NCBI GenBank assembly: GCA_002708695.1
Contig: PAOZ01000033.1
Coordinates: forward strand, 1-58,541
DNA from: Methanobacteriota archaeon
GTDB lineage: Archaea; Thermoplasmatota; Poseidoniia; Poseidoniales; Thalassarchaeaceae
Direction of reading: 5' to 3'
Length of the DNA: 58,541 bases
Below, in pieces: positions 37,336 through 47,155 of this stretch; position 1 is the first letter of the stretch, and every line of letters begins with the position of its first letter. The position numbers and the translations under genes are program-made. The notes below the pieces were generated by a model that did no database searches, had not been told where the DNA came from, and worked only from the letters and a program-made list of their open reading frames with translations.

Positions 37336-38367
37336 ATGCCAACTGAAGAAGAAAAAAGACAAGAACTGATAAAGTGTATAACACGATACTTTAAGGCTGA
37401 AAACGATTATCTCAGAAGATGCGCGAGTGAATTAAAAAATTACGGGATAGTAGTTATAGACCTCAATTTGATTAAAAAAGAAAGTGACTTTTTAAGGAAA
37501 ACAGACTGGTTTTCAGAAATAAAGAAATTTCAATTGAGGGATTTCAAAACAGATAATCCACAACACGGATTTGTATTAGGAGCATTTGGGGCATTGGGTA
37601 ATCCATCTAGCTTTCATAATCTAGTTATGTATCAATTAAGATACGTTCTCTTTAAGAAACTTTCTAGAGTTTTTGGATACATGGACAATAAACGTTACTT
37701 AGAGTCTTTATTTGACCGTGTTGCAATCCGTAGAGAAGGTACAAGTATAGGTGGTGAGTCTTTTCACAGAGACACCTGTAGTGTTCAAAAAGATTCAGAT
37801 CACATTTACGGAGGATGGATAAATTTAGACAAACGTGGTAGTCAATATTTCTCCTGTGTTCCTGGTACACACACTTGTGCGGGACGTGGTGGTTTTGAAA
37901 AGATATCGGGTGATTATCCAAATAAAGTAAAAATAGAAATTAAACCAAAACAGGTTATTATCTTTAACCAGAACATTATACACGAAATTAATAAACAGAA
38001 ATTCACTACCAATTCAGTAAGGCTTTATCTGGGCTGGAGACACACTAATGAATCCGAACCTCTTTTTAACAGTAAAACCAACCCACAATTTAACATAACA
38101 CAAATTCTACAAAGACAACTTGTTCCACCGCTACCAAGTGGAGATCTCGCTGTTATGTATAGTAAAAATCATCCAGGATTATGGAAAAGTCGCATGGAAA
38201 TACTTTCATCTGAAATAAAAGATTATTACCTTGAGACAGATCCCAAAAAAACACAAAGATACAAAGACGGTAAAGTAGTTAAAAGGGCTCTAAAAGAGCC
38301 TATACAATTAGTAGAGATTCCTGATTATCTGAAAAAGATCTACCTGCCTAACAAATTCTTTTATTAA
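37336..38367 (+). CDS. Putative 2OG-Fe(II) dioxygenase (PhyH-like)
   Basis: FHRD (HxD), GWINLD, VPGTH, IIFNQNIIHE (distal His), VRLY. Confidence 0.6.
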   Translation: MPTEEEKRQELIKCITRYFKAENDYLRRCASELKNYGIVVIDLNLIKKESDFLRKTDWFSEIKKFQLRDFKTDNPQHGFVLGAFGALGNPSSFHNLVMYQLRYVLFKKLSRVFGYMDNKRYLESLFDRVAIRREGTSIGGESFHRDTCSVQKDSDHIYGGWINLDKRGSQYFSCVPGTHTCAGRGGFEKISGDYPNKVKIEIKPKQVIIFNQNIIHEINKQKFTTNSVRLYLGWRHTNESEPLFNSKTNPQFNITQILQRQLVPPLPSGDLAVMYSKNHPGLWKSRMEILSSEIKDYYLETDPKKTQRYKDGKVVKRALKEPIQLVEIPDYLKKIYLPNKFFY

Positions 38368-38399
38368 ATTACAATTTTTAATAATAATTAAGAATATAA

Positions 38400-39452
38400 A
38401 TGAATAAAAAATACATATTGGAGCTAAGGGAAATGGGTAGAAAAAAACTTATAAAATGTGCAGCCAATGCCAAAGAATTGGAAAAGAAAAATAAAGATCT
38501 TTTAACTAATTACCCATATAATAAACTATTTAAAAACCCATGTAAAAAATGTGATAACGATTTATATAATAGTAAAAGAGAAGATGTAATAGCAGGTATA
38601 GGAAATAAAACATTGATTAATTATTCCCCTGAATTAGAAAAACAGGTTGAATTGTTTGTAGAAAAACTACGAAATAAATATAACATACCTAAAATCGCAT
38701 ATGTAGAGTGGAGGAATAAGGGTGGAAGAGGACATAAGTTTGATTTTTTAATTATATTCACATGGGGTGATATAAAAAAAGAAGTTAAAGTTGAATTTAA
38801 ACATAATACTATCACTATTGAAAATGCTCCTCAGTTTTTTTCTCCTGGAAAACCATCTCAATACATGGATAATTGTTTTGAAGACTATTTTTTTGATAAT
38901 GGTTTAAAAAAAATAGCCAAAAAATTTAATCTAGAACTACCAGATAAAAGTGTATATATAAAAACTAACACAACAAACAAGGTTAACTGTTTGAAAGAAT
39001 ATAAAGAATTATACGACAGAAATTCAGAGTTTAATAATTTTTGTAAAAGTATAGATCATGCTGTTATAGAAAAATTCATAAAAATTACAAACTTGAACAT
39101 AAACAAATTATCTAAAAAAATTCTAGAGGACCAGATGGACAAGAATTATATGTGCTATAAAGACGGAATAATTTATCATCGCGAACAGGATCCAAATCTC
39201 TTTATTATAGAAGAAGTCATAAGTAAAACACGTAATAGCTTTATATGCAAAACCAGAGGTGGTATGACATTAAACGTTATGTTAAGATTTAAGAACGGTC
39301 TTGGACTTCAGTTTCCAGCATTCCAAATTAGCCGAAAAATCCCAACAGTAAAGGAATTAAAAATTATTTGTCGTGAGAATAATATATCCCCCGTGCCTAA
39401 ACTTAAGAATGATATAATTGCGGTATTGAATGAAAATAGAGTTATATTTTAA
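38400..39452 (+). CDS. Putative type II restriction endonuclease with C-terminal SAP/HeH-like motif
   Basis: GGRGHKFDF..VKVEFK (PD-(D/E)xK); convergent with and overlapping a methyltransferase gene; tail TVKELKIICRENNISPVPKLKNDII. Confidence 0.7.
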   Translation: MNKKYILELREMGRKKLIKCAANAKELEKKNKDLLTNYPYNKLFKNPCKKCDNDLYNSKREDVIAGIGNKTLINYSPELEKQVELFVEKLRNKYNIPKIAYVEWRNKGGRGHKFDFLIIFTWGDIKKEVKVEFKHNTITIENAPQFFSPGKPSQYMDNCFEDYFFDNGLKKIAKKFNLELPDKSVYIKTNTTNKVNCLKEYKELYDRNSEFNNFCKSIDHAVIEKFIKITNLNINKLSKKILEDQMDKNYMCYKDGIIYHREQDPNLFIIEEVISKTRNSFICKTRGGMTLNVMLRFKNGLGLQFPAFQISRKIPTVKELKIICRENNISPVPKLKNDIIAVLNENRVIF

Positions 39453-40675
39453 TTATAAATTGGGATAATATTTAATAATTCAGTTTTATTAATAGCTGAA
39501 TTACCAAAGTATAATGAAATGAATTCGCGTGTTCGTTTATCATCAAAAGATTGAATAATCTTTTTATATTCTAAAATAGATTCTTCTATTGACATCCTTT
39601 CGGGGGGGATAATATACATTAAATGGTTCTCTATTAGGTATTCTTTATTTGTATTTTCATTTATAATACAATATTTAAAATCATATACTCCAGTGCCATA
39701 ACCTCTATTTACTATTAATATTGGCTTTGTGTACCCTGTTTTGTTTATATAATTTTTTTTATCTATATTAGAATAATCTTTTGGATAATAAGTTTCATTA
39801 TTGATATCTGAACTATATATAAGTCTAGTTTTTGATTCGTCATCTGTAAGAATTTTTTTACATTGATTCCATACTACAGAACCGATACCCGTATTAAATC
39901 CCATAACAGAAAGTGTAGTTGTATTAACGTATAAATTTTTTAGTTTTATGATAGTTTCCTCGGAACTAAATATAATATATTCGTTTATTTTAAGCACGTA
40001 TTTATTATCAATTTTATCATTTGGTTTTTTGTTTTGTATAATTATGAGAACTGTGTCTTGTTGGGTTTCTATATATTTGTGATTACAATTAACAATCTTT
40101 AATATTTCAAAATTGTTATTTATATATTTTCTTGTTTTTTCATAATATAAACAATTCATAAAATTTCTAGGTATAATAAAACTTAATACCCCGTTTTTAC
40201 TTAACATTTTTAGAGATTTTATAATAAATATAATAAAAAGATTTGGTCTACCTTCAAAATAATTATAATATATAGCGTCAATATCATCTTTCTTTATAAC
40301 CGAATATGGTGGGTTGCCGATTATAAGATCAAAAGTTTTCTCAGTATTAAAATTTAAAAAATCTATATTAATCAGTTCCACGTTAGGACTTTGAAAGCTT
40401 TTTATAGATTTAAATATATATTGGTTTAATTCTATACCAGTTATATGAGCCGATGGGTATAATTTATTTATTTGAGTAATAAATTCACAAGATCCACAAG
40501 ATGGTTCTAGAATCCTATTAAAATTAATATTATATTCTTTTAAATATTGTAATGTTGTTGAAATTGTAGCAGGTGGAGTAAAAAATATCCCATTGTTTTT
40601 TTTAATATCCTTATCTATATCTTTAGTGAGATCTAAAGATAGTTTAGAAAACCCTTTATCTAATTTATCAACCAT
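39449..40675 (-). CDS. N6-adenine DNA methyltransferase (gamma class, TaqI/Eco57I-like)
   Basis: GIFFTP, ILEPSCGSCEF (motif I), DFL, IIGNPPY (motif IV), C-terminal TRD-like region. Confidence 0.92.
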   Translation of the reverse strand: MVDKLDKGFSKLSLDLTKDIDKDIKKNNGIFFTPPATISTTLQYLKEYNINFNRILEPSCGSCEFITQINKLYPSAHITGIELNQYIFKSIKSFQSPNVELINIDFLNFNTEKTFDLIIGNPPYSVIKKDDIDAIYYNYFEGRPNLFIIFIIKSLKMLSKNGVLSFIIPRNFMNCLYYEKTRKYINNNFEILKIVNCNHKYIETQQDTVLIIIQNKKPNDKIDNKYVLKINEYIIFSSEETIIKLKNLYVNTTTLSVMGFNTGIGSVVWNQCKKILTDDESKTRLIYSSDINNETYYPKDYSNIDKKNYINKTGYTKPILIVNRGYGTGVYDFKYCIINENTNKEYLIENHLMYIIPPERMSIEESILEYKKIIQSFDDKRTREFISLYFGNSAINKTELLNIIPIYN

Positions 40676-40762
40676 GAGTTTATTTTAACTGTGTATACAT
40701 TATTTTCTTAAATGATTTAAAAATTAAATACATACACATTTAAATACTGGTGTTTAGTTCGT

Positions 40763-41299
40763 TTACAAATGAGAATGAAAATCGCTGGTGTTTGGTTCGT
40801 ATTTGTTTACATCTATATTTAATAGTTCTTTTACTCTATTATTTAGTATTTCCTCCAGCTTAAAATCGCCAGGGTTCGGGCAAAGTTCATTTAGTCTTTT
40901 ATTTAGTATTTCCAGCTGCGCAGAGTTTTTCTGCTTCAATGACTTCAATCGCCTTTCCTCTACCTTGATACTTTTCTTTAACGAGTAAATTTCCATCTGT
41001 TTTTTCTTTTCTGGTGATAATGAACTTGGCTTTCCATCGGGACGGACAGGTTTTCGCTCATTTTTTCGCATAACCTTACTATCCCATTCTGGGTCTGTTA
41101 TAGTAGGACAATTGTTAGCATAATGCCCATACTTTAAACATCTATAGCATACTACTCCTTTACGCGTGGGTGGATCAGAATTTCTTAAAAATTTTATAAG
41201 AGCTGTTTTATCTTCTGAAGGATTATTTTTATTTTCCAGTTCAAGATTTCGCCTTAACCATGTATTATTTTGAAGTTCATATTTTTGTTGTGGATTCAT
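40763..41299 (-). CDS. CCHC zinc-knuckle protein with coiled coil
   Basis: CYRCLKYGHYANNCPTITDPEWD. Start moved from TTG to ATG 41299. Confidence 0.75.
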   Translation of the reverse strand: MNPQQKYELQNNTWLRRNLELENKNNPSEDKTALIKFLRNSDPPTRKGVVCYRCLKYGHYANNCPTITDPEWDSKVMRKNERKPVRPDGKPSSLSPEKKKQMEIYSLKKSIKVEERRLKSLKQKNSAQLEILNKRLNELCPNPGDFKLEEILNNRVKELLNIDVNKYEPNTSDFHSHL

Positions 41300-41375
41300 A
41301 ATAATCAATTATAAATCTTATTTTTAAATTAAATTATATAAACATAAAATATATACATCTTTACGGGTATATTTT

Positions 41376-42110
41376 ATGGACAAAATCAATGAATTGAAAT
41401 CAATTCCCATGCATGAACAGCGTTCTGATGCGTGGTTCAAACAAAGAGAAAACAAATTGACATCAAGTGACGCAGGAACAGTTCTAGGATTGAATCCTTA
41501 TCAAAAACCAAAAGAAGTACTTTTTAAGAAATGCGGTTATGATCCAAAGCCATTTGTTGGTAATATTGCTACTCGTCACGGTCAAAAGTATGAAGACGAG
41601 GCTATTGAAAAGTATTGTAAACTAACTGGTCAAAAGAGTTACGAATTTGGTCTTATTGCACACGAGGATGTTCATAAATCCGATGAATATCCATGGCTTG
41701 CTGGTTCGCCAGACGGTATTTCTATTAATGTAACAGACCCCGATGCAAAGCCTATTCTATTGGAAGTTAAGTGTCCTTATAAGCGAAAGATTATCCCAGG
41801 AAAGATTCCAGAGTATTATTATCCTCAAGTTCAGTTGAATATGTTCATTTGCGGACTAGAGGTTTCTGATTTTATTGAATATTTCCCCCCGAAAACTATG
41901 AGTATTGTAAGAACTTACATTAATCATAAGTGGCTTAAGAAGAATTTGCCTATTCTGGACAAGTTTTGGAAGGATGTAGTTCATTATCGCGAAGTGGGAA
42001 TTAAATGTCATCCCGAATTTAAACACCCTAAGAGAGTTCTAGATCTTACTACAAAAGACAATTCAGACGTTTCACCTGTTAATCTTACTGAATGCCTAAT
42101 AGTTGATTAA
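41376..42110 (+). CDS. YqaJ-like viral recombinase/lambda-type exonuclease
   Basis: QRSDAWFKQR..LTSSD, HGQKYE, AGSPDG, LLEVKCP, YYPQVQLNM. Confidence 0.93.
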   Translation: MDKINELKSIPMHEQRSDAWFKQRENKLTSSDAGTVLGLNPYQKPKEVLFKKCGYDPKPFVGNIATRHGQKYEDEAIEKYCKLTGQKSYEFGLIAHEDVHKSDEYPWLAGSPDGISINVTDPDAKPILLEVKCPYKRKIIPGKIPEYYYPQVQLNMFICGLEVSDFIEYFPPKTMSIVRTYINHKWLKKNLPILDKFWKDVVHYREVGIKCHPEFKHPKRVLDLTTKDNSDVSPVNLTECLIVD

Positions 42111-42173
42111 ATTCATTCAAAATGAATTTAATTTCGTTTAATAGTTTAAAAGAATAAAATATACAAAATGTAA

Positions 42174-43121
42174 ATGGGAATTAGAGGATTAAATGCCCTT
42201 ATTAAAAAACATTCTCCAGACTGTATAACATACAATGACATTAAAAAATACTATGGCAAAATTGTTGCTATAGATTGTAGTATACTACTTTATAAGTTTA
42301 AATATGCATCTAAAGTAGAAAATTCTCATCTAATCGGTATAGCAAATAGAGTAAAATTTTACGTAATGAATGGAATTCTTCCCGTGTTTATTTTTGATGG
42401 GGTTCCTCCAGATGCAAAGAGTATAACATTAGAAAAAAGGCACGCCGCCAAAGAAAAGATATACCTTAGATTAGAAGAATTAAGAGAAAAAGTTCCTGAA
42501 AATTTTCAGGATGAAAAAGATATAAGTGATGAAATTGAAAAACTTCAGTCTCAAATTATAGTAGTAAAGAAATATCATGTAGAACAATGTAAAGAATTCC
42601 TTGAAAAATCTGGAATTCCTTATTGTACAGCACCAAGTGACGCAGAAAAGTATTGCGCCTTTCTCCAAAGAAACAAATTGGTAGATTATACAATAACAGA
42701 TGATTCTGATGCTCTTACATTCGGATGTTCTAATGTTCTTAAGACTAGTATAAGTAAACAAATAACCGAGATTAATTTAGAAAAACTACTATCAGACATA
42801 GATATGAATATGGATAATTTTGTGGATTATTGCATTTTATCCGGTTGTGATTATACCGAGTCTATTCCACTTATAGGACCAGTAACTGCATACAATTTAA
42901 TTAAGAAACACAAGTGTATAGAAAATATAATAACCAATGAAAACAAGATACCTGAAAATTTCAATTTCAATATATGTAGAGATATATTCACTACATTCGA
43001 TTATGGTATACCAGAACCATTCTGTATGAAAAAGACAAATAAACAAGTTTTGATAGATTTTATGAATGAACACAATTTTAGAGATAATGTAATTTGTAAA
43101 TTTATAAAAATTTTAATTTAA
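42174..43121 (+). CDS. FEN1: FEN1/XPG-family flap endonuclease
   Basis: MGIRGL, AIDCS, VFIFDG, APSDAEKYCA, DDSDALTFG, ILSGCDY, IGPVTA. Confidence 0.93.
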   Translation: MGIRGLNALIKKHSPDCITYNDIKKYYGKIVAIDCSILLYKFKYASKVENSHLIGIANRVKFYVMNGILPVFIFDGVPPDAKSITLEKRHAAKEKIYLRLEELREKVPENFQDEKDISDEIEKLQSQIIVVKKYHVEQCKEFLEKSGIPYCTAPSDAEKYCAFLQRNKLVDYTITDDSDALTFGCSNVLKTSISKQITEINLEKLLSDIDMNMDNFVDYCILSGCDYTESIPLIGPVTAYNLIKKHKCIENIITNENKIPENFNFNICRDIFTTFDYGIPEPFCMKKTNKQVLIDFMNEHNFRDNVICKFIKILI

Positions 43122-43179
43122 TTCATTTTATTTTTGAATTAATTTTAATTTAATTTCTTTTCTATATATTAAAATAAAT

Positions 43180-43626
43180 ATGTCCGACTTACTTGATCTA
43201 TATTTTGGCGCCAAGCGCCGCCGCCGTCGTTCGCGTTCGCCCAAGCGCAAGCGTACTCGCTCGCCCCTCCGCCGCCGTCGCACCCGCAAGATTTCGAAGG
43301 CTAAGACTTCGATTGTAGTTGCCGGCCGTAAGCGTAAGCTTTACAAGGGTAAGACTGGTGCCCTTTACTACCGCTCCAAGGGCCGTAAGGTTTACATTGG
43401 TAAGAAGCGCCGCACCCGCAGAAGCAGAAAGACTCTTCGCCGCAGACGTACCAGGAGACGTTTAAAGATGACTAAGGCTGCCATTCGTGCGCGTCGTGCC
43501 TACCGTCGCCGCAATCGCAAGTCCGCTCGTCGTGGTCGCAAGAGAAAGCTAAAGATGACTAAGGCCGCCATCAAGGCTCGTGCTGCTTACCGCCGCCGCA
43601 CGCGTTCGCGCTTCGGTCTCTGGTAG
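43180..43626 (+). CDS. Arg/Lys-rich protamine-like protein, putative genome-condensing core protein
   Basis: Dominated by R/K; duplicated LKMTKAAI(R/K)AR(R/A)AYRRR; strongly biased CGC/CGT/AAG codons. Confidence 0.75.
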   Translation: MSDLLDLYFGAKRRRRRSRSPKRKRTRSPLRRRRTRKISKAKTSIVVAGRKRKLYKGKTGALYYRSKGRKVYIGKKRRTRRSRKTLRRRRTRRRLKMTKAAIRARRAYRRRNRKSARRGRKRKLKMTKAAIKARAAYRRRTRSRFGLW

Positions 43627-43746
43627 ATGTGTAATTTAATGTGTAGCGTGTAGTGTGTAATGACATTTTAGTGTGTAAATTAAATGTAATTAAATCATAT
43701 TAATTCTTATTATGAATTTAAATGATTTAGTTAAAATTGGAATGTT

Positions 43747-44655
43747 TCATTTTTCTAGACTAAGGATGTCGTCAAATGTTATATTTTCTATCTTAAGATA
43801 TAATATTTTTTCTATCATCCTTATAGTAGTTGGTATAGTTTTATCTTTAATCACTTTAATTATCTCTAACTTTTCGACAGTTTTATTAAATTCGATTATA
43901 CATCTATTTTGATAATTTTCAAGACTCTTTATATATTCAATTTGTTTCTTTCCTTCTGGCGTATTTTCTTTAATTTTAGCAAATAAAACCAATCTTTTAA
44001 AATTGGTTGTATATAAGTCAATATCCTTATTGTTTTCTTCTACTAGTAAATTAAATGTAATTCTATCTACTGGCTTCCATTTAAAACAAGAATAATTTAC
44101 ACCGGTTGTTATAGGTAAATTATTTGGTATCATGAAAAGCTCTTCATTTTCATTAAGTTTTGAAAATTCTATTATGTTTTGAGACCAATAGATAACATCT
44201 AGTTCAATAGATGATTTTAATGTATTGTTTTTAAAATAATAAGCCTCTGCTAGTCTATCCAGATAGGAACTTGTATTAATTTTATTTCCTGCAGACATAA
44301 ATGAATCACATATTATAATTTTTTCTTCCGTAAACGATATATCAAAAATACTTCCATAGAAATATTCATATGAACAATTTATATCCAATTTATAAACCGT
44401 AAAATCTTTAAATATAATAACAGATGTATTCTCAGAATGAGAGTTAATAAAAGTAAACAATATAGCCCTTTTAGTATTTATAGTGTCTTTTTTAGCGAAG
44501 ATATAATCATAATCATTTAATTTTGTAAAATGACATCTTTCGATATTAACAGATGTTTGGGCAGGAAAATAACGATCGGTTCTTCCTGTCCAGATATTAT
44601 TTAGTAAAAATATAATCTGCTTTTTATATTCATCATCTAATATTTCAATTAACAT
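43747..44655 (-). CDS. mRNA capping guanylyltransferase homolog with degenerate motifs
   Basis: YFPAQTSVNIER..FAKKDT (KxDG position), GSIFD, IIICD, EELFMIP..G..FKWKP, DKTIPT..ENIT. Confidence 0.7.
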   Translation of the reverse strand: MLIEILDDEYKKQIIFLLNNIWTGRTDRYFPAQTSVNIERCHFTKLNDYDYIFAKKDTINTKRAILFTFINSHSENTSVIIFKDFTVYKLDINCSYEYFYGSIFDISFTEEKIIICDSFMSAGNKINTSSYLDRLAEAYYFKNNTLKSSIELDVIYWSQNIIEFSKLNENEELFMIPNNLPITTGVNYSCFKWKPVDRITFNLLVEENNKDIDLYTTNFKRLVLFAKIKENTPEGKKQIEYIKSLENYQNRCIIEFNKTVEKLEIIKVIKDKTIPTTIRMIEKILYLKIENITFDDILSLEK

Positions 44656-44690
44656 ATATTTTAAAGTATAATTATAATATAAATCACAGT

Positions 44691-44708
44691 CTTTAAATAT
44701 ATTTAAAG
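44691..44708. promoter_or_regulatory. Divergent pair of TTTAAAG motifs between the capping-enzyme homolog and 44731
   Basis: ctttaaa at 44691 and tttaaag at 44702; the same motif lies ~25-45 nt upstream of polB, FEN1, primase, dCMP deaminase and TFIIB. Confidence 0.45.
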
Positions 44709-44730
44709 GTTCTTTATATTTTTAATTATT

Positions 44731-45291
44731 ATGTCCTTTTCAAATAGGGAAGAAACACTTGTTAATTTTCTTTTAACGTATTACAAAAATAAAATGTCAC
44801 TTCTTCGTGATATAGTTAATCAAAATACCCCACTTAGTCTAAGATTGTTAGACTGGCTTGTAACAAACTATTCAAAAAAATACAATATTATTTACCCTCT
44901 TTATAAAACAAATGGTGATATAATTTATTTTAATATTTATCTTGATTATAAAAATCAATTAAAGGCGTATTCAAAAAAATACTTCGACCCATTTTGTAGA
45001 CAGAGGAGAATATTAATAGATAGTAATACATTAAAGTGGAAAGAATACTCACCTGATACTATTATAGAAGATAAACAGATAATAACCACAGTTGGTCAAC
45101 TTAATTTCTTCAAATGGGTCATAGAGAATAAAATATATGATTATGCATTAAGTAATATCACCCTAATAGATTCCGATATGAATACAACACTTCTTAACAA
45201 GAGAAAAGATAAGAGAACTGTTTTATCTCCTAGTGCAGTGAAAGGAGTTTATACAAATAATTACAAAGTAACAATTAAATTTAAAGGCTGA
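44731..45291 (+). CDS. Conserved NCLDV hypothetical protein
   Basis: SLRLLDWLVTNYSKK, YK.QLKAYSKKYFDPFCR and TTVGQLNFFKW motifs, typical of a conserved giant-virus family. Confidence 0.8.
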   Translation: MSFSNREETLVNFLLTYYKNKMSLLRDIVNQNTPLSLRLLDWLVTNYSKKYNIIYPLYKTNGDIIYFNIYLDYKNQLKAYSKKYFDPFCRQRRILIDSNTLKWKEYSPDTIIEDKQIITTVGQLNFFKWVIENKIYDYALSNITLIDSDMNTTLLNKRKDKRTVLSPSAVKGVYTNNYKVTIKFKG

Positions 45292-45329
45292 TTTTTAATA
45301 TATTTAAAGTTTTAAGATATACTTATATA

Positions 45330-46604
45330 ATGGATAATCCTCTTACAACCTGGTTTTATACAACTGGTAAATTTGTAACGGATTCTGAAAAACAAGAAGT
45401 TACTCATTTTTTACTAGACGGAGGTAAATTAGACATTTCTAAAGATTATGAATTATTTCAAGAAATGTATTCTAAATACATTCATTTTAAAAATTGTATA
45501 GTAGAAAGGAAGACAAATTTATTTAAGTTTTTTATAGATTTTGATTTTAATTCTACAGAGATTATAGATATATCAGGATTTATTGAAGTTATACAAGATG
45601 TTATAGAAAATATATATGGGGTTCCTCAATTATGTATAATAACCTGTGCTGATAAATATAAAGAAATTATTAAATCCGGTATTAAATATATAAAACAGGG
45701 CTATCATCTACATTGGCCGGATATTCTTGTTGATAAAAATACTGCTAAAAACATCCGTAAAAATATCCTCGTAAGAATGAAAACCGAGTTTGGTGAAATA
45801 GAATCATCTTGCGATAAATGGGAAAAAATTATAGATAAATGTGTTTATGATGCAAATGGTCTTCGAATAATAGGTTCGGATAAATGTTCTATATCAGACG
45901 GTATTAAATTTTATGAAAATAGAGTATACGAAGTTAAATCGGTATATAATGGGAAAAACTTTGAAAAGGAACTTACAAAAGAATACATTAGTAATAATTT
46001 ATTGGCTATTAGGAAAACAAGTGTAAGATCAGATGCAACTTGTATTACACCATATAAGAACCTTCAATTTTATGAAGAAACAGAAGACTCCGGAGAAACT
46101 TCTTCGATGAGAGGATTTAATAGACTTGATAAAGATTCTAATGAATATATATCAATTATTAAATTCTTTAATAATTATATTCCTCACTACAAATCTGAGG
46201 ATATTCGTATAATTCAAAAATCTAAAGACAACCCTGTATATATAATAGCTACAAAATCTAAGTACTGTCAAAATAAAGGAGATTTTCATTCTCATAATAA
46301 TATTTATTTTAAGTTAACCCCGTCTGGATTTTGTCAAAAATGTTTATCTGAAAGTCAGGGTGAATTTGGTTGTTGTAGAGATTATCAGAGTGAACCCGTA
46401 CCTATTAGTCCTGGTTTAGAAAGCGCCTTAGGGTGGAAAAAACCTAAAGAAAACCCCGGAGATTTGCCTAATTCTGAAAAATTCACATTGGAAAATATTC
46501 TATCTGGTATGGAAAATAGAATAACAAACAAACAACAATCTCTAGGACCCACTAAGTGTAAAAAAAATAAATTTAAGGCTGATTTAGTAAAGAAGAATTA
46601 TTAA
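45330..46604 (+). CDS. Archaeo-eukaryotic primase (PrimPol-like) with C-terminal Zn-binding domain
   Basis: FFIDFD (DxD), GYHLHWP, IDKCVY..GLRIIGSDK, KYCQNKGDFHSHNNIYF..QKC. Confidence 0.85.
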   Translation: MDNPLTTWFYTTGKFVTDSEKQEVTHFLLDGGKLDISKDYELFQEMYSKYIHFKNCIVERKTNLFKFFIDFDFNSTEIIDISGFIEVIQDVIENIYGVPQLCIITCADKYKEIIKSGIKYIKQGYHLHWPDILVDKNTAKNIRKNILVRMKTEFGEIESSCDKWEKIIDKCVYDANGLRIIGSDKCSISDGIKFYENRVYEVKSVYNGKNFEKELTKEYISNNLLAIRKTSVRSDATCITPYKNLQFYEETEDSGETSSMRGFNRLDKDSNEYISIIKFFNNYIPHYKSEDIRIIQKSKDNPVYIIATKSKYCQNKGDFHSHNNIYFKLTPSGFCQKCLSESQGEFGCCRDYQSEPVPISPGLESALGWKKPKENPGDLPNSEKFTLENILSGMENRITNKQQSLGPTKCKKNKFKADLVKKNY

Positions 46605-47067
46605 TTATAACAGCTAAAGATATCAATAACGCTATTACAATTTTCCCCTTTATGTTAACTTTGTCTATAGATTCCATTATATAAGGAAATGTATCATTAA
46701 ATATTTTATAAATAGGGGATGAATTTAATATAATATAACTAAATAAAATTACAATAATCATTCTGTGATTTTTCTTATCTTTTATATCATTTATTATAAT
46801 CTGTAAAGCGGTATCTCTTACTAGAGACTTTTTATCTATTTTTGTTGTTTTAGAGTTTGAGATATCGTTCTTTTCTCGCATACCACTTCTAACAGAAACT
46901 GGAGAGTTTTCTCTCTGTGGTTTCTGTTTGTTAAGCGTATTTAATTTATTGGGAATCTTTTCACTCATATTGTCGCTGTCATTGTCATTGTCATTGTCAT
47001 TAATATGATTATCGTTTGAAACAGGGGGTGTTTCTAATTGTTTTACATTGCATTCAAATTCTGACAT
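46573..47067 (-). CDS. Hypothetical protein with two C-terminal TM helices
   Basis: Low-complexity N-terminus (NDNDND) followed by two hydrophobic segments. Confidence 0.6.
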   Translation of the reverse strand: MSEFECNVKQLETPPVSNDNHINDNDNDNDSDNMSEKIPNKLNTLNKQKPQRENSPVSVRSGMREKNDISNSKTTKIDKKSLVRDTALQIIINDIKDKKNHRMIIVILFSYIILNSSPIYKIFNDTFPYIMESIDKVNIKGKIVIALLISLAVIINNSSLLNQP

Positions 47068-47155
47068 TAAGATATATTATATTATACATTTAATAAAAAA
47101 ACTAAAATTTAAACGTTTTTATTAAAAAAAAAATATATATGATTATATAAAAGAT

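Noticed and set aside
46978-47001. (GTCATT)n repeat and the (ATTTC)n run at ~23042-23080
   Set aside because: Simple low-complexity slippage repeats (NDNDND coding; intergenic) with no evident function.
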